This document shows positions 10,014-18,916 of a DNA stretch of 64,000 nucleotides, piece by piece. The translations under genes and the position numbers were made by a program. Positions within the stretch are counted from its first letter, which is position 1. Every line of letters starts with the position of its first letter. The notes under the pieces are model-generated. The model was not told the origin of the DNA. It ran no database searches and was given only the letters and a program-made list of their open reading frames with translations. The DNA comes from Deferribacterales bacterium (GTDB lineage: Bacteria; Chrysiogenota; Deferribacteres; Deferribacterales; Geovibrionaceae): NCBI GenBank assembly GCA_050251875.1, contig JBFWMA010000004.1, forward strand, positions 1 through 64,000, read 5' to 3'.

Positions 10014-10826
10014 TTATATCGTTATAATGTCTTTTTCGAGCATCTTTTCGATGAGAAGATACGCAACTTTGCCGGGGTCTGTGATGCCCTCGCCGATCAT
10101 CTCTCCCTTGTCACGCTGGGGCGAGAATATCTTGCTGACCCATGTGGGCGAGCCTTTCAGTCCGCATGTGTTGACATCCAGCTGAAGAACCTCGTTGCTC
10201 CACATCTCCACCTGCGCCTCTTTGGACTTCAGCCTCATGGGCACTGTGGGATATCTGGGGCGGTTGATTTCACGGACGACAGTTATCATCGCGGGGAGTT
10301 TGGTCTCCACGGTTTCATATCTGCCTTCCAGCTTTCTGCGTACGATGATTTTTTTGGATGATGTTTCCAGATCCTCGATCTTGTCCACCAGTGTGAGCTG
10401 TTCCAGATCCATACGGGTGGCGATGCCGGGTCCTACCTGCGCTGTGTCGCCGTCAATGGTCTGTTTTCCGCAGAAGACGATGGCCACCTCGTCCTCCTCG
10501 TTCAGCTTTTTGATGGCGGCGGTCAGCACGTTGCTGGTCGCCAGAGTATCCGCTCCGCCGAAAACCCGGTCGGATATCAGGATAGCCCTGTCCACGCCCA
10601 CGGAGAGTGCCTTTCTCAGAGCCGCCTCAGCATTGGGCGGTCCCATGGATATCGCGGTGACGTTGAAACCGTATCTGTCCTTGAGTCTAAGACATTCTTC
10701 AAGAGCGTGAGTGTCATACGGGTTGACGATGAAGGGGATCCCGTCTCGTACGAGGGTATTGGTCTTGGGGTCGATCTGTACCTGCGTGGTGTCAGGCACC
10801 TGCTTAATGCATGCTATAACCTGCAT
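10014..10826 (-). CDS. etfB: Electron transfer flavoprotein beta subunit
   Basis: CIKQVPD, NPYD, GADTLATS, GKQTIDGDTAQVGP. Confidence 0.92.
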   Translation of the reverse strand: MQVIACIKQVPDTTQVQIDPKTNTLVRDGIPFIVNPYDTHALEECLRLKDRYGFNVTAISMGPPNAEAALRKALSVGVDRAILISDRVFGGADTLATSNVLTAAIKKLNEEDEVAIVFCGKQTIDGDTAQVGPGIATRMDLEQLTLVDKIEDLETSSKKIIVRRKLEGRYETVETKLPAMITVVREINRPRYPTVPMRLKSKEAQVEMWSNEVLQLDVNTCGLKGSPTWVSKIFSPQRDKGEMIGEGITDPGKVAYLLIEKMLEKDIITI

Positions 10827-11133
10827 AACTACCTCATATATATTAATTTACCATGATATTTCCATGGTCTATTATGCATGTTCTCATCTGCGTTCTGTAT
10901 AGTTTAAGGAATAAAAGAATGATCCGCCGCCCCCCAGCAGAAACACGGTCACCGTTTGTATACGAAAAAATAAGAAACAAACGCTGTTTATAATCAGGTA
11001 AATTAGCACAAAAAAAAATTAATTTAAATATTTTTAACGAATATTTACAAAAAAAATAGAATGGGTGTTTGATTGAGTTCGGCAAAAACCATAATAAACA
11101 CATGTTTAAGACATTCTCATTCTACTATATTGT

Positions 11134-11168
11134 TGTCAAATGCGCTGACATGGACACGGTGGTATAAT
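11134..11168 (+). promoter_or_regulatory. Inverted repeat TGTCA-N7-TGACA plus extended -10 upstream of the efflux operon
   Basis: TGTCA 11134-11138 and TGACA 11146-11150; TGGTATAAT 11160-11168. Confidence 0.4.
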
Positions 11169-11226
11169 CTATTATGAACAAAAGCGATTATTTCACTGTC
11201 AGAATATAAAAAAGAACGGAAATCAC

Positions 11227-12651
11227 ATGAATTTAAAAGTATTGCGCTATGCCTCTTTATGCTGTTTTCTCACCATCGGATGCGCCTCCGTGGGACCTGA
11301 CTATGTCAGCCCGGATACGTCCTCTCCCGCCGTGTGGAACTCACGGGTGACAGGCATCGCTTCCGAAGCGGATAATCCTGAGATTCTGGCGAAATGGTGG
11401 CAGACATTCAACGATGACACGCTGAACAGCCTGATAGAGATGGCTGTGAAAGGCAACAAAGACCTGAAGAGCGCCGGATATGCTCTGTCCGCCTCCAGAG
11501 CGAAGCTGAGAATGACAAACGCCGGAAAGATGCCCACATTCAGCGCCAGCGGCTCCGCAAAGGCGGTGCATTACGGCGACACGTCTCTGGACGATCAGAA
11601 TGTGGAGAGCTATTCCGCAGGATTTGACGCCTCATGGGAGCTGGATCTCTTCGGAGGACTCCGGCGTGATACGGAGGCGGCCAGAGCCGATATGCAGGCG
11701 ACCCACGAATCACTGCGGGACGCTCTGGTGTCTGTGCTGGCGGAGACCGCCTCGGCTTATATCTCTCTGCGTTCATACCAGAGCAGCATAGCTACCGCCG
11801 AAACGGATATTAAGATCAACGGGGAGCTTTACGACATCGCCGACAAGAAATTCAAGTCAGGTCTGGCGGACGCTTCGGATGTGAAACAGGCTCTCTATCA
11901 GCTGGAATATTCCAAAACAACCCTGAACGACCTGCGGGCAAAGCTGAATACGTCATACAACCGTCTGGCTGTGCTCACCGGACAGAATCCCGGCTCTCTG
12001 AACACTCTGCTGGAAAAAGAGGCGGTGATTCCGGAAATTCCGCTGAACATAGTGACATCCATTCCGGCGGACGTGATTCGCAGGCGCCCGGACATCAGAA
12101 AGAGCGAGAGGAGTCTGGCGGCGCAGACGGCGAGGATAGGAGCCGCCAAGTCGGATATATATCCCAAGTTTTATCTGAACGGCACCATCGGCTATCAGTC
12201 GGATCATGCCGGAAGCCTTTTCGAGGGCAGGAACTCGACACTGAGCATCGGTCCCACGTTCAAGTGGGCGCTGTTTGATCTGGGAGCTGTGCGTCAGAAT
12301 ATCAACGTTCAGACCGAGACACAGAAGCAGTACCTGTCTCAGTATGAGGCATCTGTGCTGAGCGCTTTTGAAGAGGTGGAGAACGCCCTTAATTCGTTCG
12401 ATGAGGAATACAAAAAGAATAAACAGCTCAAAATAGCCATGGACGCCGCATACGCCGCCTATGATCTGGAGCTGAAGAAATATAAGGCGGGGCTGAACGA
12501 CTACACGGCTGTGAAGACGGCTCAGAGCGCCTATATCAGTTATAAAGACAAGCTGACGCAGAGCACGGGAAGCGCTGACAATTATCTGGTAGCGCTCTAT
12601 AAAGCTCTTGGCGGCGGATGGGAAACATATGAGGACGCAAATGAAAAATAA
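11227..12651 (+). CDS. Outer-membrane efflux lipoprotein (NodT/OprM/TolC family)
   Basis: Lipobox TIGC followed by ASVGPDY; WELDLFG, RRPDIR, AFEEVENAL, LYKALGGGW. Confidence 0.9.
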   Translation: MNLKVLRYASLCCFLTIGCASVGPDYVSPDTSSPAVWNSRVTGIASEADNPEILAKWWQTFNDDTLNSLIEMAVKGNKDLKSAGYALSASRAKLRMTNAGKMPTFSASGSAKAVHYGDTSLDDQNVESYSAGFDASWELDLFGGLRRDTEAARADMQATHESLRDALVSVLAETASAYISLRSYQSSIATAETDIKINGELYDIADKKFKSGLADASDVKQALYQLEYSKTTLNDLRAKLNTSYNRLAVLTGQNPGSLNTLLEKEAVIPEIPLNIVTSIPADVIRRRPDIRKSERSLAAQTARIGAAKSDIYPKFYLNGTIGYQSDHAGSLFEGRNSTLSIGPTFKWALFDLGAVRQNINVQTETQKQYLSQYEASVLSAFEEVENALNSFDEEYKKNKQLKIAMDAAYAAYDLELKKYKAGLNDYTAVKTAQSAYISYKDKLTQSTGSADNYLVALYKALGGGWETYEDANEK

Positions 12652-13918
12652 GACAGAAACAAATGATATAAACTCAGTCCTGGCAACGGGCAATAAGGGC
12701 GGAAAGAGATGGAGGCGGACGATAATAATACTCGCCTGCGTTCTGGCGGCGCTGGTCGTGATCCTGATAGTCAGAGGCAGGGGAGACAAAGGCGGCGCTC
12801 CGCAGTTCAACACGGTCGAAGCTGTGCAGGGTGATATCAGGGTGGAAGTCTCTGCCACGGGAAAGCTGGAACCCACCAACGAGGTGAGTGTAGGTACGGA
12901 GCTTTCCGGTACGATCAAGGAAGTTTTCGCCGACTACAACAGCGTGGTTAAGAAGGGCGAGCTTCTGGCGAGGATAGACACCACAAAACTTCAGGCGCAG
13001 GTGACGCAGTACAGAGCCGCTCTGGAATCCGCCAGAGCAAACGTTCTTCAGACACAGGCTACTGAGAAAGAGACCGGAATCAAGCTGGATCAGCTCAAAA
13101 CACTTTTTAAACTGACAGACGGGCAGTCCCCGTCCAAAACAGAGATAGATGCCGCCGAGGCGGCGTACGACAGAGCCGTGGCAAACACTGCCAGCGCGAG
13201 GGCATCCGTTGCTCAGGCTCAGGCCACACTGGATGCCCTGTTAACAGATCTCGCCAAGGCGGAGATACGCTCACCCGTGAACGGGATAGTTCTCTCCAGG
13301 GAAGTGGAGGCGGGACAGACGGTCGCCGCTTCATACTCCACTCCGGAGCTGTTCACTATAGCGGAGGATCTGAAAAAGATGGAGCTCCATGTGGACGTGG
13401 ACGAGGCGGACATAGGACAGGTGAGAGAGGGGCAGAAGGCTTCTTTCACGGTGGACGCTTATCCGGACAGGATTTTTGACGGCGTGATAACACAGGCAAG
13501 ATACGGTTCGCAGACAGTGGACAACGTGGTGACCTATGAAACGGTGATTCAGGTGGATAACTCGGACATGCTCCTGCGTCCCGGCATGACAGCCACAGCG
13601 GACATCACCGTGAAACATCTGAAAAACGTGGTGAAAGTACCGACGGCGGCGCTCAGATATTCGCCTCCGGCTGTGACAGATGAGTCGAAACAATCCTTTA
13701 TCAGCAAACTGATGCCCAGACCGCCCAGAATGAGAAGCTCCAAGCCGGCGGAAGTATCTGACAAGGAGACGGTGACGGTGTGGGCGCTGGAGAACGGCAT
13801 GCCCGAGCCTTATCAGGTTAAGCTGGGGGATTCTGACGGCAGCTACCGTCAGGCGGTCTCCGGAGATGTGAAGCCGGGTATGAGGCTGATAACAGGCACA
13901 GCTGGAAACGGTAAATAG
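12641..13918 (+). CDS. Periplasmic adaptor subunit (MacA-like)
   Basis: Single TM; ATGKLEP, VGTELSG, IRSPVNG, VDEADIG, LRPGMTA. Start ATG 12641 after GAGGA. Confidence 0.9.
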   Translation: MKNKTETNDINSVLATGNKGGKRWRRTIIILACVLAALVVILIVRGRGDKGGAPQFNTVEAVQGDIRVEVSATGKLEPTNEVSVGTELSGTIKEVFADYNSVVKKGELLARIDTTKLQAQVTQYRAALESARANVLQTQATEKETGIKLDQLKTLFKLTDGQSPSKTEIDAAEAAYDRAVANTASARASVAQAQATLDALLTDLAKAEIRSPVNGIVLSREVEAGQTVAASYSTPELFTIAEDLKKMELHVDVDEADIGQVREGQKASFTVDAYPDRIFDGVITQARYGSQTVDNVVTYETVIQVDNSDMLLRPGMTATADITVKHLKNVVKVPTAALRYSPPAVTDESKQSFISKLMPRPPRMRSSKPAEVSDKETVTVWALENGMPEPYQVKLGDSDGSYRQAVSGDVKPGMRLITGTAGNGK

Positions 13919-13920
13919 AT

Positions 13921-14631
13921 ATGTCTGAGTCAAAAGCTCCTCTGATAGAGCTGAACGGTGTAAAAAAGATATACGGCATGGGCGCCACAGAGATGCAGGC
14001 GCTCAGAGGGATAAGCCTGACTATAAACGAGGGCGAGTTCGTGGCGGTGATGGGACCCAGCGGGTCGGGCAAATCCACCTGCATGAATATCCTGGGCTGT
14101 CTGGATACCCCCACGTCCGGCTCATATAAATTTATGGGCGTGGAGGTCGGTTCTCTGGACAGAAACCAGCTCGCCAAGCTGAGAAGATATTATATCGGTT
14201 TTGTTTTTCAGGGGTTTAACCTGTTGAACAGAACCAACGCTCTGGAAAACGTGGAACTCCCGCTCCTTTACAGAGGCGTTCCGGCGAAAGAGAGGCACGA
14301 AGCCGCCTCGAAGGCGCTGGAGATGGTTGGGCTTAAAGGATGGGAACATCACAAGTCAAACGAGCTGTCAGGCGGTCAGCAGCAGAGGGTAGCCATCGCC
14401 AGAGCCATAGCCACCGAACCGAAGGTGCTTTTCGCCGATGAACCCACGGGAAACCTGGACACGGCGAGGAGCATAGAGATAATGCAGCTGCTCACATCGC
14501 TGAACAGAGACAGAGGCATAACAGTCGTGATGGTAACCCACGAGTCTGAGATGGCTCAGTATGCCGGGCGGATGATTCATTTCCGTGACGGTCTGGTGGA
14601 ACACGACAGAGAAAACGAACAGGCGCTTTAA
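13921..14631 (+). CDS. ABC transporter ATP-binding protein (MacB/LolD type)
   Basis: GPSGSGKST, LSGGQQQRVAIARA, DEPTGNLD. Confidence 0.95.
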   Translation: MSESKAPLIELNGVKKIYGMGATEMQALRGISLTINEGEFVAVMGPSGSGKSTCMNILGCLDTPTSGSYKFMGVEVGSLDRNQLAKLRRYYIGFVFQGFNLLNRTNALENVELPLLYRGVPAKERHEAASKALEMVGLKGWEHHKSNELSGGQQQRVAIARAIATEPKVLFADEPTGNLDTARSIEIMQLLTSLNRDRGITVVMVTHESEMAQYAGRMIHFRDGLVEHDRENEQAL

Positions 14632-14632
14632 G

Positions 14633-14719
14633 CCTCCCTTTGACAAAGGGAGGTGTGGAGGGATTTCTCAGATGTAATTCAGGAAATCCACCCCAGCCCT
14701 TCTTTACAAAAGGAGGGGG
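14633..14719. repeat. Double-hairpin palindromic repeat (CCTCCCTTT/AAAGGGAGG family)
   Basis: CCTCCCTTT-GAC-AAAGGGAGG...GGGATTTC-spacer-GAAATCC...CCCTTCTTT-ACA-AAAGGAGGG; same architecture at 47971-48043. Confidence 0.75.
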
Positions 14720-14733
14720 AGTAAGAGGTTTAT

Positions 14734-15939
14734 ATGATTTTCAACACGTTTTTATTAGCTTTCAGAGAGATACGCAGAAATCTGCTCAGGTCGTTTCTGA
14801 CGATTCTGGGCATCGTGATAGGTGTTGCCGCCGTGATATCTCTGGTGACGATAGGAAACGGCGCCACAGCTTCTGTGACGGAGCAGATAGCCAGTCTGGG
14901 CAACAATATGCTGATAATCACATCCGGCAAGAGGATGCGGGGACCGGACCAGTCCGCCGCGCCTGCGTTCGACCTGAGCGATGCTAAGGCGCTGGAAAAA
15001 GAAGTGCCCTCTCTGGCGGCGGTGACAGCGACTGCATCCGCCTCCGAGACAGTGGTGAACGGCAGTGACAACTGGTCCACCACAGTGACGGGAACGGATA
15101 ATAATTTCTTTACCATACGAAACTGGAGTATCGACACAGGGCGGTTCTTCGAAGACGCTGAGATGCAGGGCGGGCGCTCTGTCTGTGTCATCGGGGCGAC
15201 CATCAGAAATGAGCTGTTCGGCGGTCAGAATCCGGTGGGGCAGTCCATCCGGGTGAAGAATTTTTCATGTCAGATAATAGGTCTGCTCCAGTCGAAGGGT
15301 CAGTCCACCATGGGCAGCGATCAGGACGATATAGTCGTGATGCCGCTGAAAACCGTCCAGAGAAGGCTGACGGGTAACAAGGATATAAAGATGATGCAGG
15401 TTTCCGTGAAGGACGGATACAACACGGATACGGTCATTTCAGAGATAGAGACGATAATGCGGGAACGCAGACACCTCTCATATAACGAGGACAATAATTT
15501 CAGCGTGATGGATATGAAGGAGATCACCAACATGCTCACCAGCACCACCAAGGTGCTCACGGCGCTTCTGGGCGCTGTGGCGGCGGTCAGTCTTCTGGTG
15601 GGGGGTATCGGCATCATGAATATAATGCTGGTGTCTGTTACCGAGCGCACAAGGGAGATAGGCATCCGTCTTGCCATCGGTGCGATGGAGAAAGAGGTTC
15701 TGCTTCAGTTTCTGGTGGAGGCGGTGGTTCTGTCCGCTATGGGCGGTGTTATAGGCATCGTTCTGGCGCTGACAGCCTCAGTAGTTCTTTCGAAGGTGAT
15801 AGCCGTTCCTTTTATTTTTGACAGCGGGATAGTGATGCTGTCATTTCTGTTCTCTGTGGCGGTGGGGATCATCTTCGGATATTTTCCGGCGCTGAAGGCA
15901 GCCCGGCTCGATCCCATAGAGGCATTAAGACACGAATAG
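14734..15939 (+). CDS. ABC transporter permease (MacB/FtsX family)
   Basis: RSFLTILGIVIGVAAV, SLLVGGIGIMNIMLVSVTERTREIGIR, PALKAARLDPIEALRHE. Confidence 0.95.
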   Translation: MIFNTFLLAFREIRRNLLRSFLTILGIVIGVAAVISLVTIGNGATASVTEQIASLGNNMLIITSGKRMRGPDQSAAPAFDLSDAKALEKEVPSLAAVTATASASETVVNGSDNWSTTVTGTDNNFFTIRNWSIDTGRFFEDAEMQGGRSVCVIGATIRNELFGGQNPVGQSIRVKNFSCQIIGLLQSKGQSTMGSDQDDIVVMPLKTVQRRLTGNKDIKMMQVSVKDGYNTDTVISEIETIMRERRHLSYNEDNNFSVMDMKEITNMLTSTTKVLTALLGAVAAVSLLVGGIGIMNIMLVSVTERTREIGIRLAIGAMEKEVLLQFLVEAVVLSAMGGVIGIVLALTASVVLSKVIAVPFIFDSGIVMLSFLFSVAVGIIFGYFPALKAARLDPIEALRHE

Positions 15940-15959
15940 ACGAATCAGCGGAAATATCC

Positions 15960-16105
15960 GGCGGCATATGAAATGCCGCCCTACATAAAGAGAGATGGCA
16001 GTGGGACACGGGATAGAAACGCCCGCCGATAGTAGGGCGGGGTTTTTACCGCAAGCGGGGAACAGAAACGCCCGCCGATAGTAGGGCGGGGTTTTATACC
16101 CCGCC
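15960..16105. repeat. GTAG-type REP cluster at the 3' side of RAYT
   Basis: Minus-strand GTAGGGCGGCATTTCATATGCCGCC (15960-15984); plus-strand GTAGGGCGGGGTTTT at 16032 and GTAGGGCGGGGTTTTATACCCCGCC (16081-16105), the last two within a 49-bp-period direct repeat. Confidence 0.9.
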
Positions 16106-16109
16106 GAGA

Positions 16110-16577
16110 TCATAAATCGTAATACAGAGACCCGCTGAACTGATGTTCTCCTGTTTTTTGGGTGATTCCGCTTCTTACAGGGTTAGCTATTATATATTCA
16201 GCTACCTGCTTTACATCTTCGTCACTTCTTAATATATGATCGTAAAAACTTTTCTGAAATTTGACAGCCAGATTAGCCTGTCTGAAACCTGACACGCATC
16301 TACCTTTAAGATATTTTACAAACTCAATTGCACCAAATTCAGGTGTTTGCAGGATCAGGAGGTGTATGTGGTTAGGCATAACAGAGTAAGCGTATACGTC
16401 AATATTAAATTCTGATGATATATCAGTAATTTTAGATGCGATGATTTGTGAAGCTGTTAGGGTTTCTGAGTCTGCGCAGACAAAATGGATTATCAGGTGA
16501 ACAGCCTGTCCATGAACATAATAGGCTGTTTTATCTTTTAGTCTTATATGTTTTCTTGCCGGCTTAATGTTTTCCAT
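16110..16577 (-). CDS. REP-associated tyrosine transposase (RAYT, Y1 HUH)
   Basis: VMPNHIHLL (HUH), FQKSFYDHILR, YIIANPVR; AT-rich; GTAG REPs on both sides. Confidence 0.9.
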   Translation of the reverse strand: MENIKPARKHIRLKDKTAYYVHGQAVHLIIHFVCADSETLTASQIIASKITDISSEFNIDVYAYSVMPNHIHLLILQTPEFGAIEFVKYLKGRCVSGFRQANLAVKFQKSFYDHILRSDEDVKQVAEYIIANPVRSGITQKTGEHQFSGSLYYDL

Positions 16578-16594
16578 GAGCGTGTGTTTTATCC

Positions 16595-16619
16595 GGCGGC
16601 ATATGAAATGCCGCCCTAC
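16595..16619 (-). repeat. GTAG REP upstream of RAYT
   Basis: Identical to 15960-15984; identity extends 16590-16623 vs 15955-15988. Confidence 0.9.
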
Positions 16620-16631
16620 ATAATTAAAAGT

Positions 16632-17348
16632 TCATTTGCGTTTTTTTAACGGGCGGACGTAGAGAGATGTCATCCTGCGGTATATCTGCACGTTTCCCTC
16701 GCTTTTCCGGCGGAAGCGTCTGTGCTGGGTCTTTTTGATAACCTCGAGTGTCTTGTGTCCCGGGGCGTTGATATCCTGAAGGTGCTGGGACAGGTCTATG
16801 ACCGGCTTGGCAATGCGCAGACTGAGATATCCGCCCACCAGAGCCGCCGTGAGCACTATCAGCAGATTCATCATAACCAGCCCGCTGATGCTCATCACCA
16901 CCTCTTCGAGTATAGCCATCCGGCTGATGTAATATATCACTGAACCTGCTTTGGAGTTTCCGTATGTCAGGTCTTTCTGAACGCCTACATTTCTGATGTC
17001 GCTGACGATGTTTTCTCTCAGAACGTTGGCGTCAGCCACATATCCGCCCTTGTCGTCATACACCACCACATTATCGATATAGGGCAGAGCGGACGCCACG
17101 GCGTCTATCATGGTGAACACGTTGTATATGTCTCCGGTGGCAACGCCTCTGGACAGATCTTTATACATTATCTCGTGTTCGGCGTTTATGTAGTTTTTCG
17201 CCATTTTATAGGCTGAGACGTACTGGATATATGAAAACATGATCATGTTTGCCAGAACGGTGAGCAGAGCCAGCAGGCTGACTATCAGGATGGCTCTTTT
17301 GCTCAGTTTTTTCGGCAGACTGATAACGGCGGATGCTGTCCACGACAT
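16632..17348 (-). CDS. Membrane protein resembling the TM-periplasmic-TM input part of a sensor, with no output domain
   Basis: AAGGAG RBS then ATG 17348; two TM helices; IAKPVIDL HAMP-like start; basic tail. Confidence 0.6.
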   Translation of the reverse strand: MSWTASAVISLPKKLSKRAILIVSLLALLTVLANMIMFSYIQYVSAYKMAKNYINAEHEIMYKDLSRGVATGDIYNVFTMIDAVASALPYIDNVVVYDDKGGYVADANVLRENIVSDIRNVGVQKDLTYGNSKAGSVIYYISRMAILEEVVMSISGLVMMNLLIVLTAALVGGYLSLRIAKPVIDLSQHLQDINAPGHKTLEVIKKTQHRRFRRKSEGNVQIYRRMTSLYVRPLKKRK

Positions 17349-17497
17349 ATATTTCTCCTTTAGATGATATAAGTATATACGTCTTAATGCCCGATGACAA
17401 GATATGGCGGAATTTTCACACACGTCTTGCCTGTCGGCGTGATTGCTGTTATATTGTTTTATCGGAATATAATAAGCATTCGTTCACGGAGGCCTGC

Positions 17498-18916
17498 ATG
17501 AAAAAACTCTTCATAGACGGACAGTGGATAGATACCGGAACCTACATGGATGTATATAATCCATATGACGGTTCGCTGGTGGAGACCATCTGCACCGCAA
17601 CGCCCGAGCTCACTAACAAGGCGATAGACGCCGCATACGCCGCCAGAGAGACCATGAAAAATCTCTCCGCCGCCAAAAGAGGCAAAATACTGGACAACAT
17701 GTGCGCTCTCATCGAGCGTGACAAAGAGGAGATCGCCCAGATAATCACGGCGGAGGCAGGCAAGGGGCTTGTCTTTTCCAGAGGAGAGGCGGGCAGAACC
17801 GCTGAAAACTTTAAATTCGCCGCTGACGAAGCACGCAGACTGGGCGGAGAGCTTGTTCCCTATGACGCTTCAGATTCCGGAGCTAACAGATTCGGATATT
17901 ATAAACGCTATCCCATCGGAGTTATCGGCGCTATCACGCCCTTTAACTTTCCGCTGAACCTTGTGGCGCACAAGGTAGGTCCGGCTATAGCCGCCGGAAA
18001 CCCCATCGTTCTGAAACCCGCTTCCACCACACCGCTGACAGCGGTTAAGATTGTCGAGCTTCTGCTGGAAGCCGGACTCCCCGCCTGCGGAATCAACCTG
18101 GTGGTCGGTTCCGGATCAGTGGTGGGCAACGCCATGGTGGAATCAGACAAGATCGCCATGATAACCTTCACAGGGTCTCCTTCCGTGGGACTGGATATCA
18201 AATCAAAAGCGGGCATCAAAAAAGTGACTCTGGAGCTGGGGTCAAACAGCGCCGCCATCATCCACGATGACGCCGATATCAGATATGCCGTGCCGAAATG
18301 CGTTATAGGCGCTTTCGCCAACAGCGGTCAGGTGTGTATCTCCATCCAGAGAATATACATCCACGAGAGCAGATATCCGGAGTTCCGCGACATGTTCGTG
18401 GACGCTGTGAAAGCCAGCCGAAACGGCGACCCGAAAGACGAAAAAACTCTCGTGGGTCCCATGATAGAAGAGAGAGAGGCGGTAAGAGCCGAAAAATGGA
18501 TAAACGAGGCAGTGGCAATGGGAGCGAAAGTCGCCGTGGGCGGCAAACGTACAGGAACACTGCTGGAGGCGACAGTTCTGGAGGATACCACCGAGCAGAT
18601 GACTATCGTCAGGGAAGAGATTTTCGGACCTGTGGTCTGCATCATGAAATATTCCACTCTGGACGAGGTGATAGACCGTGTGAACGACAGCCAGTTCGGG
18701 CTTCAGGCGGGAATCTTCACCAACAACATTCAGAATGCCTTCAAAGCCATAGACAAGATCGAGGTGGGCGGCGTGATGGTGAACGACATGCCTACATTCC
18801 GTGTGGATCAGATGCCTTACGGCGGCGTGAAGCTGTCCGGAACAGGCAGAGAGGGTCCTAAATTCGCCGTTGAGGAAATGACTGAACTTAAGACAGTGAT
18901 GTTCAATCTTAACTAA
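17498..18916 (+). CDS. Aldehyde dehydrogenase family protein
   Basis: ITPFNFP, FTGS, LELGSN, FANSGQVCIS, EEIFGP; GGAGG RBS before ATG 17498. Confidence 0.95.
   Translation: MKKLFIDGQWIDTGTYMDVYNPYDGSLVETICTATPELTNKAIDAAYAARETMKNLSAAKRGKILDNMCALIERDKEEIAQIITAEAGKGLVFSRGEAGRTAENFKFAADEARRLGGELVPYDASDSGANRFGYYKRYPIGVIGAITPFNFPLNLVAHKVGPAIAAGNPIVLKPASTTPLTAVKIVELLLEAGLPACGINLVVGSGSVVGNAMVESDKIAMITFTGSPSVGLDIKSKAGIKKVTLELGSNSAAIIHDDADIRYAVPKCVIGAFANSGQVCISIQRIYIHESRYPEFRDMFVDAVKASRNGDPKDEKTLVGPMIEEREAVRAEKWINEAVAMGAKVAVGGKRTGTLLEATVLEDTTEQMTIVREEIFGPVVCIMKYSTLDEVIDRVNDSQFGLQAGIFTNNIQNAFKAIDKIEVGGVMVNDMPTFRVDQMPYGGVKLSGTGREGPKFAVEEMTELKTVMFNLN

Noticed and set aside
10850..11100. Riboswitch in the etfB leader
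   Set aside because: Only a short dyad (ACCATG-N7-CATGGT, 10850-10868) and a weak hairpin; no FMN or other riboswitch consensus recognised.
14640..14987. ORFs reading through repeats (also 15925-16113, 38907-39224, 48006-48257)
   Set aside because: They are translations of palindromic repeat DNA or overlap real genes out of frame.
16110..16577. IS200/IS605 element with TnpB
   Set aside because: No tnpB/iscB ORF; GTAG REPs and the Q..F.DH..R / YI..NPV motifs fit RAYT.
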